64,000 nucleotides of DNA from Podarcis gaigeae (taxonomy: Eukaryota), in the NCBI GenBank assembly GCA_964106915.2, contig OZ066915.1; one strand, given 5' to 3'. Positions 61,416-64,000 of the stretch are shown piece after piece. Position 1 is the stretch's first letter, and each line of letters starts with the position of its first letter. The translations under genes were made by a program, and so were the position numbers. Below the pieces are notes generated by a model that had not been told where the DNA came from, made no database searches, and worked only from the letters and a program-made list of their open reading frames with translations.

Positions 61416-64000
61416 GAAGCATTGCAGAACAAGAGGTAAGGGAAAGCAGTCGGGATCTGGGTTGCTCTTTGGCTTTGTTGCCTATATTTGGGTGAAAATA
61501 TTTGGCTTTAATGGGGTCAACTCTTTGGCGATTCCCTCTGGACACTGAACTGAGGATAAGAGTTCTTGCTACATGCAATTCACATCTTGGCCGAGTGGGT
61601 TCCCTGTCAGAGCAGAAGTGTTGCCCGCCTCTTCGTCTTGCCTCGTCTGATGCAGCATGGCTGAGATTGTCTTGGATGTTAGTGTGTTAGCAAGGACGGC
61701 TTCCACAGCTCCCATCACTTCTTCTTATACGTGTTCTTACACAAGTGCGATGACAGGGTAAGTCACCTTTTACTGTTCCTTCGTGGCTTGACCTCTGTGG
61801 TTCCTATGGTAACGACCAGCACATGTGACTAAAGCTGTGGAGACTTCCAGATTGGGAGGAAAATCTCCCATAAATCACAAGTGAAGTGGAGGTGCAGGCA
61901 GCAGTGAAACAGGGGGAGGAATGGGGAGGCTTTGGGAATGAAGAGCTGCTTCTGTCGATGCAAACTGCGCTGGCTGGTTCTGCCATTAATTCTTGGAGCC
62001 TTTTGATAGTCGCAGAAGATTCAGTTATGCTGCATGCCCCCAGTAGGGGCACTGCACTTTTAACCCCACCTGCTTGGCCAAGACATGCAAAAGCTACAGA
62101 CAGGCTGCTGCTGAGTCCCGCTTTATCCCCCTCGTTCTCTTTTTGAAATGAGGAGTAAATGCAGGTGACCTCATGATTGAATCAAGTCTGCTGAGAAGGA
62201 TGGAGGTGCGATTCAGGCAGGCCTTGGTGATCTAAAGCGAATAGAATGAAATTTGAGATGGAATTCATTCAAGGGTGAGGGTATGTGTGAGTGGCAGGGG
62301 CCTCTTACAGGTTTCTTGCTGCTAATGTGAAAACAAACAAATCTGTGGCAACACTTTGTAAGGGGACCATTCTGAGTCACCCCATATTTATTTCCCAATG
62401 GATTATTTGAACATGTGCCTCAATGGCAGGAGCTAATCCCAAACCCACCAAGGGCAAGAGGAAGCTTGTATGGGATGCTGTGATTAAAGCGACGTCTCGC
62501 AGTCTTGATTGTGTCTGAATTAGATGTAAGCAGTACAGTGTGAGGTAAACAAACTGGCAGATCAGGATCACCGCAGTAATCTGTGGGTGTGTTACATTAT
62601 TGCAAACAATCAAAGGCTGTGTTCATCAAAGGGCAGCCCAGATAGAGGGTGGCATACGGTGAGGATTTAGGCATGCAGCTGGGTTTAGTGGCTAAAGAAT
62701 CTAGTCAACCAGTATGGGGAGACCTGTGTGCTAATCCCATTTTAGGCCACAATGGTAAAAACATTGGGGGTTTAATGTGGTGTTTCAAAATTGATGAGTT
62801 TTATAGCTTCTCAGCCTTATCCTCCACTAGAACTCATCAGAGAAGTCTTGCGTAGCTGACATCATTAGCATAATCTACTCAAGGGGAATCAAAGAATATT
62901 TGAGGGATGAAGAAAGAGCTGTGGGTCAGGAATCAGGAACACACTTGCAGGTGGCTGTGAAGGCTTCAGAGAGCAGCTTCAGATTGTGGTGTGATGTCAA
63001 TCGACTGATCTTAATGTGAGGACCCGGAACTGGATGGGGTAATGGAAATGGATGCCACTGGTCAGTCCATGTAGTTAGTAGGTCTGGTTACAAATATTTT
63101 CAGAATATCAGAAGTGGGAATATGAGTGTTGAACATTCGAGCAACAGAGGTCAAGGTTCTAAGATCAACTCCAGGCATTAACTTCTACTTTTCCCACTAG
63201 CCAACATTTTATTTGCCTCATTGTGGTTTGTATAATGTTGAAAACCGGTTTATCTTGATGCAGATCAGTTTCCTTGGCTTTTCATTGTGCCCTCCACACC
63301 AAGTTATGGAGCAAAAGGAGGAGCTGCATTGTAGCCCCAAAGGTTTTGCATTGTGCACTTTAAAAAGCAGCAGTCTTTCCATTCTTTGTTCCAGGAAGCT
63401 GAGGAGGACAAATCTGAGGATACATAGCATGATAATAATCGGACAACAAAGATTTCTGAAACAGCAGGGCATAGTGGAAGAGTTATCAATGGGTGCAATA
63501 CAACCCAAGATTGCCTAAAGGGCTGGATTTGACAGCTGATGCCTAAAATGTCTTCATAGCGTAGAATATATTTTAGCAGAGACATTGTGATTGTAGAACC
63601 CATTTGCTAATGCTAAACATCCTTGTGGCAACTACAGCAATTGCCTACATGAAAAGCAATAACAGGAAAGCTATTGAATTTATTTTCAGCATCCTTTTAA
63701 TGTAATTTAGCAGCTGGAAGTAGGAAAGGGAACCAGCACCATGTGACAAGGTATTTCATTTCAGATCAGGAGTTGAGGAATGAGAGTGGATGGTTAGCAA
63801 TATTCGGCTTGAGATTTCCACCCTGCCAGTTTAATTGATCAATAATACAAGTAGTTGAGCATAAACAGACTAAAAAGCTCTGAAACAGGCAACTCCAGAT
63901 TTATAAGTACTCTCACTTTTTATATATATAGAAAAAACCTTTACTGTAACACCATAATAACATTCTGGTCCAGTGAGCTAGTACCTGTTGGATTAAGCAC

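Larger units (their letters stand above)
40626..64000 (+). other. PLXNA1: PLXNA1 intron continuing beyond the window (>23 kb)
   Basis: GTAAGG donor; the expected next exon (ILVD...-like) was not seen downstream. Confidence 0.75.

Overview
This is vertebrate genomic DNA from a squamate reptile (Sauria SINEs are present; lacertid lizard is a guess). The window lies inside the plexin-A1 (PLXNA1) gene on the + strand. It holds two coding exons: 21035-22213 (signal peptide and most of the Sema domain) and 40443-40625, joined in phase 0 across an 18.2-kb intron. I found neither the promoter/CpG island nor the next coding exon, so the gene probably extends past both edges. The rest is intronic DNA dense in transposon relics: Sauria SINEs, tRNA-Lys/CR1-tail SINEs, CORE-type SINEs, L2/CR1/Rex1/RTE LINE fragments, Tigger/pogo and hAT MITEs, and LINE-tail microsatellites. 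Nearly all short ORFs in the track are noise. I see no clear new multi-gene system. The best leads are a stop-start relay of three uORFs whose presence may depend on 3' splice-site choice, a MITE carrying ETS+NRF1+CRE motifs about 1.1 kb upstream of the start codon, MITEs inserted into microsatellites, two long hairpins, nested retroelements, and substitutions at conserved Sema positions. Family names and orthologue comparisons come from memory, not from searches.
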